Below, piece by piece: positions 13,362 to 22,134 of a stretch of 32,000 bases of DNA. Source of the stretch: Candidatus Saccharimonadota bacterium (GTDB taxonomy: Bacteria; Patescibacteriota; Gracilibacteria; UBA4473); assembly GCA_965228485.1 (NCBI GenBank), contig OZ245819.1, positions 990,001 through 1,022,000 on the forward strand. Reading direction: 5' to 3'. The notes below the pieces were generated by a model. That model ran no database searches. It was not told the origin of the DNA and saw nothing but the letters and a program-made list of their open reading frames with translations. Each line of letters starts with the position of its first letter. Within the stretch, counting starts at the first letter, position 1. A program made the translations under genes and the position numbers.

Positions 13362-16300
13362 TTATTGCCTTGCAATCAAATTTTTATCATTTGATTGATC
13401 ATATATTTTATCAAGGGCTACTTTTTTATTTCCAAGTCTTAGGTAGATATTTCCAAGATTTTTTTGTCTAATTCTTGAAGTTGGAGTGAGATCAATTTTT
13501 GGTTCACGAGCATAAGGATTGAAATCATATTTTTCATATTCTCGACGAGATTTTTCTGTTTCAATTTGATCTACTTTTCTCCCGTATCCAGCCATATTTT
13601 TTACTGATTGTCCCTTAACGGTTGAGACTCTTTCTTCCGCTGCACGAACGATGATGATATTATCTCCATCTTTTATAATCTCTGTATCTTGACCTTCATT
13701 TTTAAAGAGATTCTGAACGGCCACTTTTTGTGAAGACATATTTTGTTGGTTGAATTCATTAAATTGTCCTCGAGAAGTTTTTTGTCCTCGGAAAACAACA
13801 TAATCTCGAGCGTTGAATCTTTTAAATCGATCCAGTCCTAGTGTTCCGCTTCGATATCCACCAAATACTACATATCCATTTCTATTTACATACTGTCGTA
13901 CTTGGTATGGAGCTCCTTGGTTCAGGCTTTGAGCTTGGACGAGACTTTCTCGATAGCTCATTCCCATTACATCCGTTACTCGATCACTTCGTTTGATCCC
14001 ATTGAAAAGTGTTCCGCTTGGCCCACCAATTAAATATCCAGCTCCTCCTCGGCTTTCTCCAGAAGTAAATGATGTCGTTACGTTTCCGCTATGTGTTCCA
14101 GCGTCAAAGATTTTATCTAGTTGACCAATTCCACTCACTTCGTAAGTATTTGGACCAGTCATGACAATTACCGCGTCTGGGTTATTGCTGGTTACACTTG
14201 CAATTCGTCCAAAGCTGGTAATAACAATTACGTCTCCAACTTGTTGAGCGTCAACCTGACCAGAGGTTGATTCTACAAAAATTTCTGTTGTGATAGCACT
14301 ATTTCCACTTCCAGCATTCATAACCCTATCGGTTGTAATACTAATCACTTGTTGATTGGTTTGAATCTCAGGATAAGTTACGAGTTCCAATTCGACGTTC
14401 ATATTCACAGGATTTACTGTTACGCTGACTTCTTCTTTTGCCATATAGTGATTTGGTGTTTTGATGAAGTCAATAATGTAATCTTGATGCGGTGCTACAA
14501 CGCCTTCATAGTATCCGGTGTTATCTGAAGTCACAGAACAAGTTTCCATACCAGGCTGACATTCATTTCCAAATTCTGATATGGCGGTAACTACGGCATT
14601 TTCTAGTGGTTTTCCAGCGTCTTTTTCAGTGATAGTTCCATTGATGGTTATTCCGTATTTTTGAGTATATGTAGTGGCTTCTGTATTTTTATTTCCCGCT
14701 TTATCTACGACGCTCATAAATAGATTGTATGGAGCAGTATCAGGAATAACCGTAGTAGGGATAAAGCTTCTTGTTGGAGCATTTATCGTTACCATTTCGT
14801 TGATTCCTGTATTTGTATTGTTGTATCGAATATTGAAATTCTGAACACCTGATACAGGAGTTCCTCCGGCTGGGTCTGTGTCATTTGTCCAGCTATATTG
14901 AGCTTGGTTTATTGATTTATAAAAGGCGTTAGCCAGACCTCCTAGATCAACAACGTCTGTAGGGTTTGTTGGAGCCGTCTTATCAAAAATAATACTTGAG
15001 CCATCGGTTGTTCCTGTGACGTTGACGACCGCATTTCCAGCATTGTCTCTAGCCGTGACATCGAAAGCTATAGTTCCTTCGGTTCCATCGATATTTATTA
15101 ATTGGGCTGTCCAATTTCTCCATTGAGAAAGGTTTCCTGCTCCTGTAGTACAGTTGCCTGGAGCACCAATTAATCCTTGATCGGTCATAGTTACAGCTTG
15201 TCCGAAGAGAGTTCCACTTGGAGGGTTGTTTTGTGAATCTACATAGTCACAGATGTCTAAGCTTAATTTGATAGTATCTCCCTGTTTGACGTAGTAAGTT
15301 GGAATGTCTCCTGTGTAAGCAGAACTATCTATACTCGTGGCCGAAAGTTGTATGTTTTGAGTGACCGGGTCCGTTCGGTCAAATCTAACGCTTGATCCAT
15401 CTGTTGTGGTGGTTACGGCACTTGAAACATTACCAGCAGTATCACTAATTTGAATACTAAATGGAACCACGACTTCAGAAGTTTCTGTTCCATCAGTAAA
15501 TCGACTAATTGTTGCCCCTGCCCCTGTGGCTGTTACGGTGTTTCCTGTAGTTGCTTGACTGAGAATGCTAGCATCAAAAAGAGATACGGCTGTACTGAGG
15601 TTATCGGCAATAGAAAGAGTCACTGTTACCGTATCGTTTGTTTTGGCTAGTGTCGTGTCTAGCGCATTATTTGAGGCAATGGAAACAACTGGAACTGTTG
15701 GCGCGGTTTTATCGAATCTAACGGATGAACCGTCGGTTACAGTTGTAACTTGAACACCAGTATTTCCAGCGCGGTCTTCAAAATCTATAGAGAAAGGCAC
15801 AATTCCTTCAGTTTCGCTTCCATCGGTTGTAATTGAAGCCATAAAACTATCACAGGCGGTGTCTCCACATCCAGGCAGGACAGTCGCTGATTTTCCAAGT
15901 ATAGAGACACTAGTCTGGGGGTTTTGTACTGGTTCACTTGCAATAAAACTTAGGGTAATAGTGTCACCAGTTTTTGCCCAGCTAGTATTTGTATTATTGG
16001 AGTTAATGGTTGCAGCCGTAATAGTTGGTACAGCTGTGTCAGCAATAATTTTGCTGTCATAGCCTCCACCAGTAATAGTTCCAAGACTATTTATGGTTGC
16101 GTTATTTCCCGCTCCATCTTGAATATCAAAGTTTACAGTTGGAATTATTTCGCCGTTATCTCCATTTTGAACGGTAAATACTAGTGTATCGGTTGAACTT
16201 CCAGAGGCGTCAATTTCGGTTGTCAGGGTAGAGGCATTTGTGGCACTGCTGGCCGTATTAACCGTCGTTACGGTTACACTTTCGGTAAAAGTTATGTTGT

Positions 16301-17471
16301 AGGTAATAGTGTCTCCAGCCTTTGCCCAGGAGTTAGTAGCATTACTGCTTACTTGTGTTACTGATTGAATAGCTGGAGGGGTACTATCAAGATTAAGAGG
16401 ATTGCTACTTGCCAGATAGGAAATATTTCCTGCAAGATCTGTTGCCTTAATACATACGTACTTTCCATCTTGAGCGTTATCAGTGATATTAAATGGAGTT
16501 CCTGAGGTGAAAGCATTTCCGTAAGTATCGGTGCCATCACAGATCGCATCAGTACTGAATCCATATTCGTGCTGGTTTGGTGTTGGAGCGTTTGTGTCAG
16601 TAACAGTGACATCAATAGTTTCACTACTGACTTCAGTAGTTCCAACATCGTCGGTAAAACTTATCGCTGGTAAAGTTGTATCAATAGTAATATTTGGATT
16701 CACAGCGGCTGGAATTGATAGTGGGGATTTTCCAGCGAAATCCGTATAATTAAGAGTTGTAATTAATAGGGGTCCGTTAAGCCCGTTTAAAAAGTTAGTA
16801 TCACTAGTTCTTTGGTAGATGTTTCCGGTTCCAGAGATAGCGGTTCCTGAAAATAAAAGAGATTGAGGCCCGCCTCCAATAGTGAAGTCAATACTTGTGG
16901 CTCCTCTGGTATCTGGATTGGTAAGGCTTACCACTCCAACAAATTGATCGCCGGCTTTTAGGTATCGGGTTCCTCCGACAAGATTTCCATCTGTAGAGGT
17001 GATGTTGTATGAAGTAATTGTAGGACTATCGTTATCAACATGAACTCCTGAAATATTTACATCTGGGAAATCTCCTAAAACAAGAGGATTTCCTGATCCA
17101 GAATCGGTAATTCCTCCGAGAGAAAGTTCGAACGATTTTGCCGCTACTCCATTTCCATCATTCATTCCAGGTCCAACAAGCATATCAAAAAGCCACGTGG
17201 CCGTTCCAGAGCCTGATACATAGTTAGCAAAGTAATCATTTCCAGCCACTTCAATAACGAGTCGAGGATTACCCCCTCCTGTTACGCCAGCGGTTCCAGC
17301 GAAAGTTACTTGGAATCGGACAGCTTCTCCACTGTCATAAAGAGTTCCACCTCCACCCAAAGGGCTACTGGTTACAGTAATGCCTGTTACCGAAGGCGGA
17401 GCGGCTTGAACAGTGTTTATTCCTAAAAAGAGAAACAACCCTGCAAGTAGAAAAAGTTTTACGGACTTCAT
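13362..17471 (-). CDS. Giant secreted surface protein (1369 aa): signal peptide, tandem Ig-like/beta-sandwich modules, CarboxypepD_reg-like domain, uncharacterised basic C-terminal region; S-layer or adhesin candidate
   Basis: Signal peptide MKSVKLFLLAGLFLFLGINTVQA/AP. Recurring module boundaries: TDGSSVRFDKTAPT, TDGSSVRFDRTDPV, TDGSSIIFDKTAPT. Recurring SWAK(A/T)GDTIT(Y/L) strands. T/S/N/G-rich composition. GTITEKDAGKPLENAVVTAI...SDNTGYYEG resembles a carboxypeptidase-regulatory-like fold. Confidence 0.9.
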   Translation of the reverse strand: MKSVKLFLLAGLFLFLGINTVQAAPPSVTGITVTSSPLGGGGTLYDSGEAVRFQVTFAGTAGVTGGGNPRLVIEVAGNDYFANYVSGSGTATWLFDMLVGPGMNDGNGVAAKSFELSLGGITDSGSGNPLVLGDFPDVNISGVHVDNDSPTITSYNITSTDGNLVGGTRYLKAGDQFVGVVSLTNPDTRGATSIDFTIGGGPQSLLFSGTAISGTGNIYQRTSDTNFLNGLNGPLLITTLNYTDFAGKSPLSIPAAVNPNITIDTTLPAISFTDDVGTTEVSSETIDVTVTDTNAPTPNQHEYGFSTDAICDGTDTYGNAFTSGTPFNITDNAQDGKYVCIKATDLAGNISYLASSNPLNLDSTPPAIQSVTQVSSNATNSWAKAGDTITYNITFTESVTVTTVNTASSATNASTLTTEIDASGSSTDTLVFTVQNGDNGEIIPTVNFDIQDGAGNNATINSLGTITGGGYDSKIIADTAVPTITAATINSNNTNTSWAKTGDTITLSFIASEPVQNPQTSVSILGKSATVLPGCGDTACDSFMASITTDGSETEGIVPFSIDFEDRAGNTGVQVTTVTDGSSVRFDKTAPTVPVVSIASNNALDTTLAKTNDTVTVTLSIADNLSTAVSLFDASILSQATTGNTVTATGAGATISRFTDGTETSEVVVPFSIQISDTAGNVSSAVTTTTDGSSVRFDRTDPVTQNIQLSATSIDSSAYTGDIPTYYVKQGDTIKLSLDICDYVDSQNNPPSGTLFGQAVTMTDQGLIGAPGNCTTGAGNLSQWRNWTAQLINIDGTEGTIAFDVTARDNAGNAVVNVTGTTDGSSIIFDKTAPTNPTDVVDLGGLANAFYKSINQAQYSWTNDTDPAGGTPVSGVQNFNIRYNNTNTGINEMVTINAPTRSFIPTTVIPDTAPYNLFMSVVDKAGNKNTEATTYTQKYGITINGTITEKDAGKPLENAVVTAISEFGNECQPGMETCSVTSDNTGYYEGVVAPHQDYIIDFIKTPNHYMAKEEVSVTVNPVNMNVELELVTYPEIQTNQQVISITTDRVMNAGSGNSAITTEIFVESTSGQVDAQQVGDVIVITSFGRIASVTSNNPDAVIVMTGPNTYEVSGIGQLDKIFDAGTHSGNVTTSFTSGESRGGAGYLIGGPSGTLFNGIKRSDRVTDVMGMSYRESLVQAQSLNQGAPYQVRQYVNRNGYVVFGGYRSGTLGLDRFKRFNARDYVVFRGQKTSRGQFNEFNQQNMSSQKVAVQNLFKNEGQDTEIIKDGDNIIIVRAAEERVSTVKGQSVKNMAGYGRKVDQIETEKSRREYEKYDFNPYAREPKIDLTPTSRIRQKNLGNIYLRLGNKKVALDKIYDQSNDKNLIARQ
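14967..17054 (-). repeat. Tandem array of diverged ~110-130-aa beta-sandwich modules within the giant gene (protein-level repeat)
   Basis: Module boundaries of the form D-x-[TS]-x-P fall near aa 147, 265, 362, 478, 587, 697 and 830 by my residue count. Confidence 0.6.
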
Positions 17472-17590
17472 GTGCTACAATTTAAAAGATATTTTGAGGG
17501 TAGTTTGTCTTGTAGCGAATTCTTCACCTCTTGTCAATAAGCGGATTACATTATATTTATAGACTTTGAGCACAAAAATTACCCATAATC

Positions 17591-17613
17591 AAAAAATGTG
17601 AACACGTGTTTCA
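17591..17613 (-). terminator. Weak terminator candidate or palindromic site after ftsK
   Basis: Perfect 10-bp palindrome AACACGTGTT (17601..17610). On the minus strand it is followed by CACATTTTTTG. The stem is short and would need a bulge. Confidence 0.35.
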
Positions 17614-17643
17614 GAAAGTTAAAAATAACTATTTTTTCAAAAG

Positions 17644-19989
17644 CTATTCTGGTCGTCCATATATTTCTCGAGGCTTGGCTCCTTTTGCTGGACCGATAAT
17701 CCCTTTGCTTTCCATTTGGTCCAGGATTCGGGCCGCTCGAGCATAACCAACTTCTAATCGTCTTTGTAGGAAGCTTGCAGAGGCTTTTCCAGTTTCAAAA
17801 ACTAATTCAACAGCTTCATTAAATAGTTGATCTAAATCTTCATCGTTAATTTCTTCTTTTACCCCCGCGGTGAGAACGCCCCCTTTGGCCATTCCTTCAA
17901 TAGATTGATTAGTGATTTCATCGTTGATAGGATCGTTTCCAATTTGTTCAGGGTATTGAAGTTTTATGTGATTGGTTATTTTTTCAACCTCTTCAGTAGC
18001 GACGAAGAGTCCTTGGATCCGACTTAGGTCTCCTGAATTTCCGTCCATGTAGAGCATGTCTCCCATTCCAAGAAGATCTTCTGCTCCAATTCCGTCGATA
18101 ATGGTTCGAGAGTCGATTCCTGAAGATACTCGGAAAGCAATTCGTGCTGGAAGGTTGGCCTTAATAAGTCCAGTTACGACGTCCACAGAGGGTCTTTGTG
18201 TGGCAATAATTAGATGCATTCCAACGGCCCGAGCCATTTGAGCGATTCGACAGATGGCCGCTTCTACGTCTTTTCCTGCAACCATCATTAGGTCTGCAAG
18301 TTCATCAACCACGATAACGATATAAGGTTCTTTTTCTTCTGGGAATTTTTCATTGTGTTCGGCAATATTTCGACATCGCTTCTTAGAAAAGTCTTTATAT
18401 CGTCGGTTCATTTCTGCAACGGCCCAAGCAAGAGCTGAAACGGATTTTTCTGGTTCTACAATCACCGGAGTGAGGAGGTGTGGTAAATGGTTATATGGAG
18501 CTAATTCTACTCTTTTTGGATCGATGAGAATCATTCGAAGATCTTCTGGAGAATTTTTCCAGAGGAGAGACAGAAGAAAGGCATTCATGGCTACCGATTT
18601 CCCAGAACCGGTTTTCCCTGCAATAAGTAGATGAGGCATTTTTGCCAAATCTACAGTAATGGGTTTTCCAGCCACATCTCTTCCAACCGCTAAGGTTAGT
18701 GGGGAACGGCTGTCCTCCCAAGCATCAGACTGAAGTATTTCTCTCATTCCAACGGTAGCTCTTTTTTCGTTTGGGATTTCAATTCCTACGAGTTTTTTCC
18801 CACGAATTGGTGCTTCAATTCGAACATTTGAAGCGGCTAAGGCAAGGGCTAAATCAGACTTTAGAGCTGTGATTTTATTGAGTTTAACTCCAGCCGCTGG
18901 CTCTAAAGTAAATTGGGTAACAGTCGGTCCAACGTGAACCGATCGCATGGTTACTTCAATACCAAACTGGTCGAGTTTTTCTCGAATGGCTTCGGCTTGT
19001 TGTCTAAGCCTTTTTTCATCTACAACAATAGTTGAAGGCTTGTCTTCTAGTAGATCTATATGAGGAGGTTCCCAATCTCCAAATTGTTTATTTTTTGCTT
19101 CTGTAAGTTCATCTTTTTCTTCAAGTTTGATGTTTTGATTTTGCGGTTTTTGGATATCTTTTTCTTTTGTGTTGGGAGTTTTTTGAGTTCCTGTGGAATC
19201 AATGATTTCTACCTCATTTTTAAAACGTGGTTCTTTATTTTTTTCGGCTTTAGTTGGAGTTTCTTTTTGTTGTGTTGCTTTTTGAGTTCTTGTGGAATCA
19301 ATAATCTCAGCGACTTCTTTTTCTTTATTCAGCCATTTTTTTAAATCTTCAATTCTAATCCCGAAAGCAATAGTTCCACTCAGCCATATTAAGGCAAGAA
19401 GGAAGACTCCTGTGAATAAATCTCCAAGAAATTCTCTTGGAAAAAAATCAATGCTAAATCCTAGAGCTCCACCATATTTGTGAGCGAGACTGAGACTTTC
19501 TTGATGAGGAACAAACAGTGTTGCTAGTCCACATAGAGCCGTAAAGAACAACAAGAAAGCGATTATTCTTAGTGGGGGAAATAAGGTTCTCCTATTTGTG
19601 AATAAAGCTATTCCTAGGGCAATACAAATAATTGGAATAGCCCAACTCATAGCTCCAAATCCAGCTAAAAATATCTTTTGGGTAATGAGCTCAGCGAGTG
19701 GGGTTTCGCTGAGAAATAGAGTGAGTAAAATTACTCCTCCACAAATCCAGGTGGCGGCAATAATTTCTCTTTGAAAGTTATTATCCAAAAACTCATCGGC
19801 TACAGCGTCTTTTTGTTTCTTCTTTTCGACTTTTTTAGTGGCTTTAGCTTTAGCTTTAGCTCTTATCTCTTTTTGTTTTTCTTTTTTGCGTTCGGCTTCT
19901 ATCATTTTTTTAGCCGCTTTTTCTGCTTCACGTTTAAGGACGCTGCTTGGTATTTTTACGCTTGGAGCCTTTTTCTTACGGCTTAACAT
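17644..19989 (-). CDS. ftsK: DNA translocase FtsK (Lys-rich N-terminal extension, 4 TM segments, repeat-containing linker, motor domain, gamma winged-helix)
   Basis: Walker A LLIAGKTGSGKSVAMN. Motor motifs PYIVIVVDELADLMM and HLIIATQRPSVDVVTG. C-terminal gamma domain ASASFLQRRLEVGYARAARILDQMESKGIIGP. Confidence 0.93.
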   Translation of the reverse strand: MLSRKKKAPSVKIPSSVLKREAEKAAKKMIEAERKKEKQKEIRAKAKAKATKKVEKKKQKDAVADEFLDNNFQREIIAATWICGGVILLTLFLSETPLAELITQKIFLAGFGAMSWAIPIICIALGIALFTNRRTLFPPLRIIAFLLFFTALCGLATLFVPHQESLSLAHKYGGALGFSIDFFPREFLGDLFTGVFLLALIWLSGTIAFGIRIEDLKKWLNKEKEVAEIIDSTRTQKATQQKETPTKAEKNKEPRFKNEVEIIDSTGTQKTPNTKEKDIQKPQNQNIKLEEKDELTEAKNKQFGDWEPPHIDLLEDKPSTIVVDEKRLRQQAEAIREKLDQFGIEVTMRSVHVGPTVTQFTLEPAAGVKLNKITALKSDLALALAASNVRIEAPIRGKKLVGIEIPNEKRATVGMREILQSDAWEDSRSPLTLAVGRDVAGKPITVDLAKMPHLLIAGKTGSGKSVAMNAFLLSLLWKNSPEDLRMILIDPKRVELAPYNHLPHLLTPVIVEPEKSVSALAWAVAEMNRRYKDFSKKRCRNIAEHNEKFPEEKEPYIVIVVDELADLMMVAGKDVEAAICRIAQMARAVGMHLIIATQRPSVDVVTGLIKANLPARIAFRVSSGIDSRTIIDGIGAEDLLGMGDMLYMDGNSGDLSRIQGLFVATEEVEKITNHIKLQYPEQIGNDPINDEITNQSIEGMAKGGVLTAGVKEEINDEDLDQLFNEAVELVFETGKASASFLQRRLEVGYARAARILDQMESKGIIGPAKGAKPREIYGRPE
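19182..19308 (-). repeat. In-frame 99-nt-spaced direct repeat in the FtsK linker
   Basis: tttgagttcctgtggaatcaatgatttc (19182..19209) vs tttgagttcttgtggaatcaataatctc (19281..19308), with 25 of 28 positions identical. Encodes EIIDST(R/G)TQK twice. Confidence 0.6.
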
Positions 19990-19996
19990 CTATTTT

Positions 19997-20024
19997 ATTG
20001 TAGTTCAAAAAATGTGTTCGTCAA
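19997..20024 (-). promoter_or_regulatory. Promoter candidate TTGACG-16 nt-TACAAT, 7 nt upstream of the ftsK ATG
   Basis: Minus strand: TTGACG (20024..20019), 16-nt spacer, TACAAT (20002..19997), then aaaatag and ATG at 19989. It fits entirely within the 44-nt mutY-ftsK gap. Confidence 0.5.
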
Positions 20025-20033
20025 TGGCTGATT

Positions 20034-21104
20034 TTAAACCTTCATTTTTTGTAGTACCTTGAGTGCTTTGTGGTTAGTGGCAAGAAATTTTATGTCACTG
20101 AAAAAATCTTCAGGTCTTATCCAAGAAAGTTCTTGTTTTTCGAGTGGCTGAGGGGTTCCAGATTGGATTTGGCAACGGTGAAAACGGAGCAAAAGCTCAG
20201 TATTATTATCGCTGAAAGTACAGAGTTCTTCGTAGAAGTGTGGTCGGACTGATACCGTCACTCCAATTTCTTCTTTTATTTCTCGTTTTACACAGTCTCG
20301 AAAAGATTCTCCTGATTCTCTTTTTCCTCCAGGAAACTCCCAAAATCCTACAAAACTTTTTCCTTTTGGTCTGGTTTGAATGAGATAGTGTCCATCTTTC
20401 CATATGCAGGCAATACCAACTTCAATTCTCTTATTTGATTTTTTATTCGTTTTTTTTCTGACTCGTTTTTTTCGTTGTGGAATAAATTTTTCAGCGATTT
20501 CCTTTGGAAAAAATAATTCTCCAAGTTTTCCTTCTATCTCTTTTCCCGTTCTTAGTTGGCTCGCTAAATCCATCATGGCAGAGTTCCAGATATATCCTGA
20601 GGTAGAAAGGTTTATGAGTTCCTCAGCCGTTTTGATAGTGTTTTTTTCTGGCCAAAGAATATTAATTATTTTTGATATGTTGGTGTCTATTGCGGGAACT
20701 TTTTGATTAAAAGCAAAACTGCATATTGCACAGGCTGTATATTTTCCAATTCCAGGGAGAGTTTCTAAATATTCTACTTTTTGAGGAAAATTTCCTTCAT
20801 ATTCATTGCAGATTATTCGAGCGGTTTTTTGCATATTTTTCCCTCGATTGTAGTATCCTAGGCCTTCCCAGACAGGAAAGATATCTTTTTCCCAGTCAGC
20901 CTCAGCAAAAGATTCTATATCAGGAAATTTACCTATGAACCGAGGAAAAAATTTTTCGGCAACTCGATCAATTTGTGTTTGATGCGACATGATTTCGGAA
21001 ACCCAAATCCAGTACGGGTTTCGATTTTCTCTCCATGGAAAATTACGTTGATTTTGTTCAAACCACTCTTCAAGAGCGGCAGTGAACTGCTCGAATTGAT
21101 TCAT
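20034..21104 (-). CDS. mutY: MutY-like HhH-GPD adenine DNA glycosylase fused to a canonical Nudix hydrolase domain; the Fe-S cluster loop is absent
   Basis: N-terminus FPWRENRNPYWIWVSEIMSHQTQ (catalytic Glu context). HhH LPGIGKYTACAICSFAF. Catalytic Asp context PAIDTNISKI. C-terminus GGKRESGESFRDCVKREIKEEIGV matches GX5EX7REUXEEXGU exactly. There is no CX6CX2CX5C motif. Confidence 0.88.
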   Translation of the reverse strand: MNQFEQFTAALEEWFEQNQRNFPWRENRNPYWIWVSEIMSHQTQIDRVAEKFFPRFIGKFPDIESFAEADWEKDIFPVWEGLGYYNRGKNMQKTARIICNEYEGNFPQKVEYLETLPGIGKYTACAICSFAFNQKVPAIDTNISKIINILWPEKNTIKTAEELINLSTSGYIWNSAMMDLASQLRTGKEIEGKLGELFFPKEIAEKFIPQRKKRVRKKTNKKSNKRIEVGIACIWKDGHYLIQTRPKGKSFVGFWEFPGGKRESGESFRDCVKREIKEEIGVTVSVRPHFYEELCTFSDNNTELLLRFHRCQIQSGTPQPLEKQELSWIRPEDFFSDIKFLATNHKALKVLQKMKV

Positions 21105-21187
21105 TTATTTGGAAATGGTTGAAACGCCAAAAAAGCGTTAAAGTGTTCTGAATACTTTTACTCTGGTAGAGCTAAAAAATCAAATTC

Positions 21188-22132
21188 TTACAGTGTCGGT
21201 AAGACAAAGAATTTTACAATCGTCCAGGCAGAGAAGGCAATCACGATACCAATTACAGCGTATTTAATCGTATCTTTGGATTTGTTAACGGCGTCTTCAT
21301 CTCCAAAGTGTGTCATCATTCGAACTCCTGCATAGATAATTGCCAGTACCGCAAAGAAAGCCACAAATCCAAGGAGGATGTTAGACCATTTTGCCAATTC
21401 AATATTAATGGTCGCAAGATCTAGTCCTGTAAGTTGACCTTCTCGGTTGAATCCAAAGAAGAAAGCTACAATAGTGTACATTAGAAAAACTAATGTAATT
21501 CCAATAATAGAGTAGAGAATTCCTCTTTTGGCTTTGTCGGCCGTATCTTCATTGGCCCCAGCAACAATAAGTTGAACAGCGCTGATTACTAGGTAGAGAA
21601 CTCCGATAGCAACAGCGAAACTTGCCATAAAGTTAACGAGACCGTTGATTTCTAGTCGGGCAATAAGAGCAAAGGCATTTGAATCATCCTGGCTCAGTAT
21701 TTCTCCTTGAGTACCGAAGAATATTTTGTCGACGAGTGTGAAACTAATCAAGATAAGACCAAAACCAACCCCCATCCAGACCACTTGTCGAACCTTTTCT
21801 TTGAACATTTCTTCATTATTTCGGTTGATGACTAGAACAATCCCAGCCCATACAAGGTAAACAATGGCTACTGGTACCATAATTCGTTCTAAGAAACGAA
21901 TAATAACCGTAATAATATTTCGAATAAAATATGATCCAGGGTTTCTGACATTCGGGTTTGGATTGATAGCATCTTGTGCTCCTGTGTAGTCACTAACATT
22001 TACGTTTTGTAATACTGTTCCAGTGGTAAAAATTAAATCTGTATCAGGGGTAATAGCCGTGCTTTGAGCAAAAGCTTCAGTCCCGAAGAATGAAGCGATA
22101 AGAAAGAAGCTGGCTAGGATAAGTTTTTTCAT
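21188..22132 (-). CDS. Secreted polytopic membrane protein made of three VirB2/TrbC-like (CPR 'T4SS pilin'-like) TM-hairpin modules, paralog B
   Basis: Signal peptide MKKLILASFFLIASFFGTEAFA/Q. Three TM-loop-TM units with loops NRNNEEMFKEKVRQV, VAGANEDTADKAKRGILYSIIG and THFGDEDAVNKSKDTIKYAVIG. 2-nt gap to the upstream paralog. Confidence 0.8.
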   Translation of the reverse strand: MKKLILASFFLIASFFGTEAFAQSTAITPDTDLIFTTGTVLQNVNVSDYTGAQDAINPNPNVRNPGSYFIRNIITVIIRFLERIMVPVAIVYLVWAGIVLVINRNNEEMFKEKVRQVVWMGVGFGLILISFTLVDKIFFGTQGEILSQDDSNAFALIARLEINGLVNFMASFAVAIGVLYLVISAVQLIVAGANEDTADKAKRGILYSIIGITLVFLMYTIVAFFFGFNREGQLTGLDLATINIELAKWSNILLGFVAFFAVLAIIYAGVRMMTHFGDEDAVNKSKDTIKYAVIGIVIAFSAWTIVKFFVLPTL

Positions 22133-22134
22133 TT

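Noticed and set aside
11607-13375. Cluster of ORFs overlapping aroE/aroC, antisense or in alternative same-strand frames (11607..11864, 12347..12724, 12708..12971, 12850..13071, 12870..13097, 13094..13375).
   Set aside because: They lie inside two well-conserved enzyme genes and have low-complexity or odd composition (P/S/F-rich). They have no independent promoter or start context. These are typical shadow ORFs.
15450-16749. Five short ORFs inside the giant surface-protein gene (15450.., 15565.., 15859.., 16358.., 16531..).
   Set aside because: They are embedded in a continuous 1369-codon ORF with a clear signal peptide and modular repeats. These are shadow frames of T/S/G-rich coding sequence.
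17644-19989. FtsK as a possible VirD4/TraG-like coupling ATPase partnering the pilin-like genes in a T4SS.
   Set aside because: It has the full chromosomal FtsK architecture: an N-terminal 4-TM domain, a long linker, the alpha/beta motor and a C-terminal gamma winged-helix (KOPS-reading) domain. mutY separates it from the pilin-like genes.
19060-20062. Plus-strand ORFs 19060..19344, 19292..19483, 19771..19986 and 19838..20062, rich in F/L/S.
   Set aside because: They are antisense to the AAA/AAG/GAA-rich (Lys/Glu) parts of ftsK, which are automatically open on the opposite strand. There are no supporting signals.
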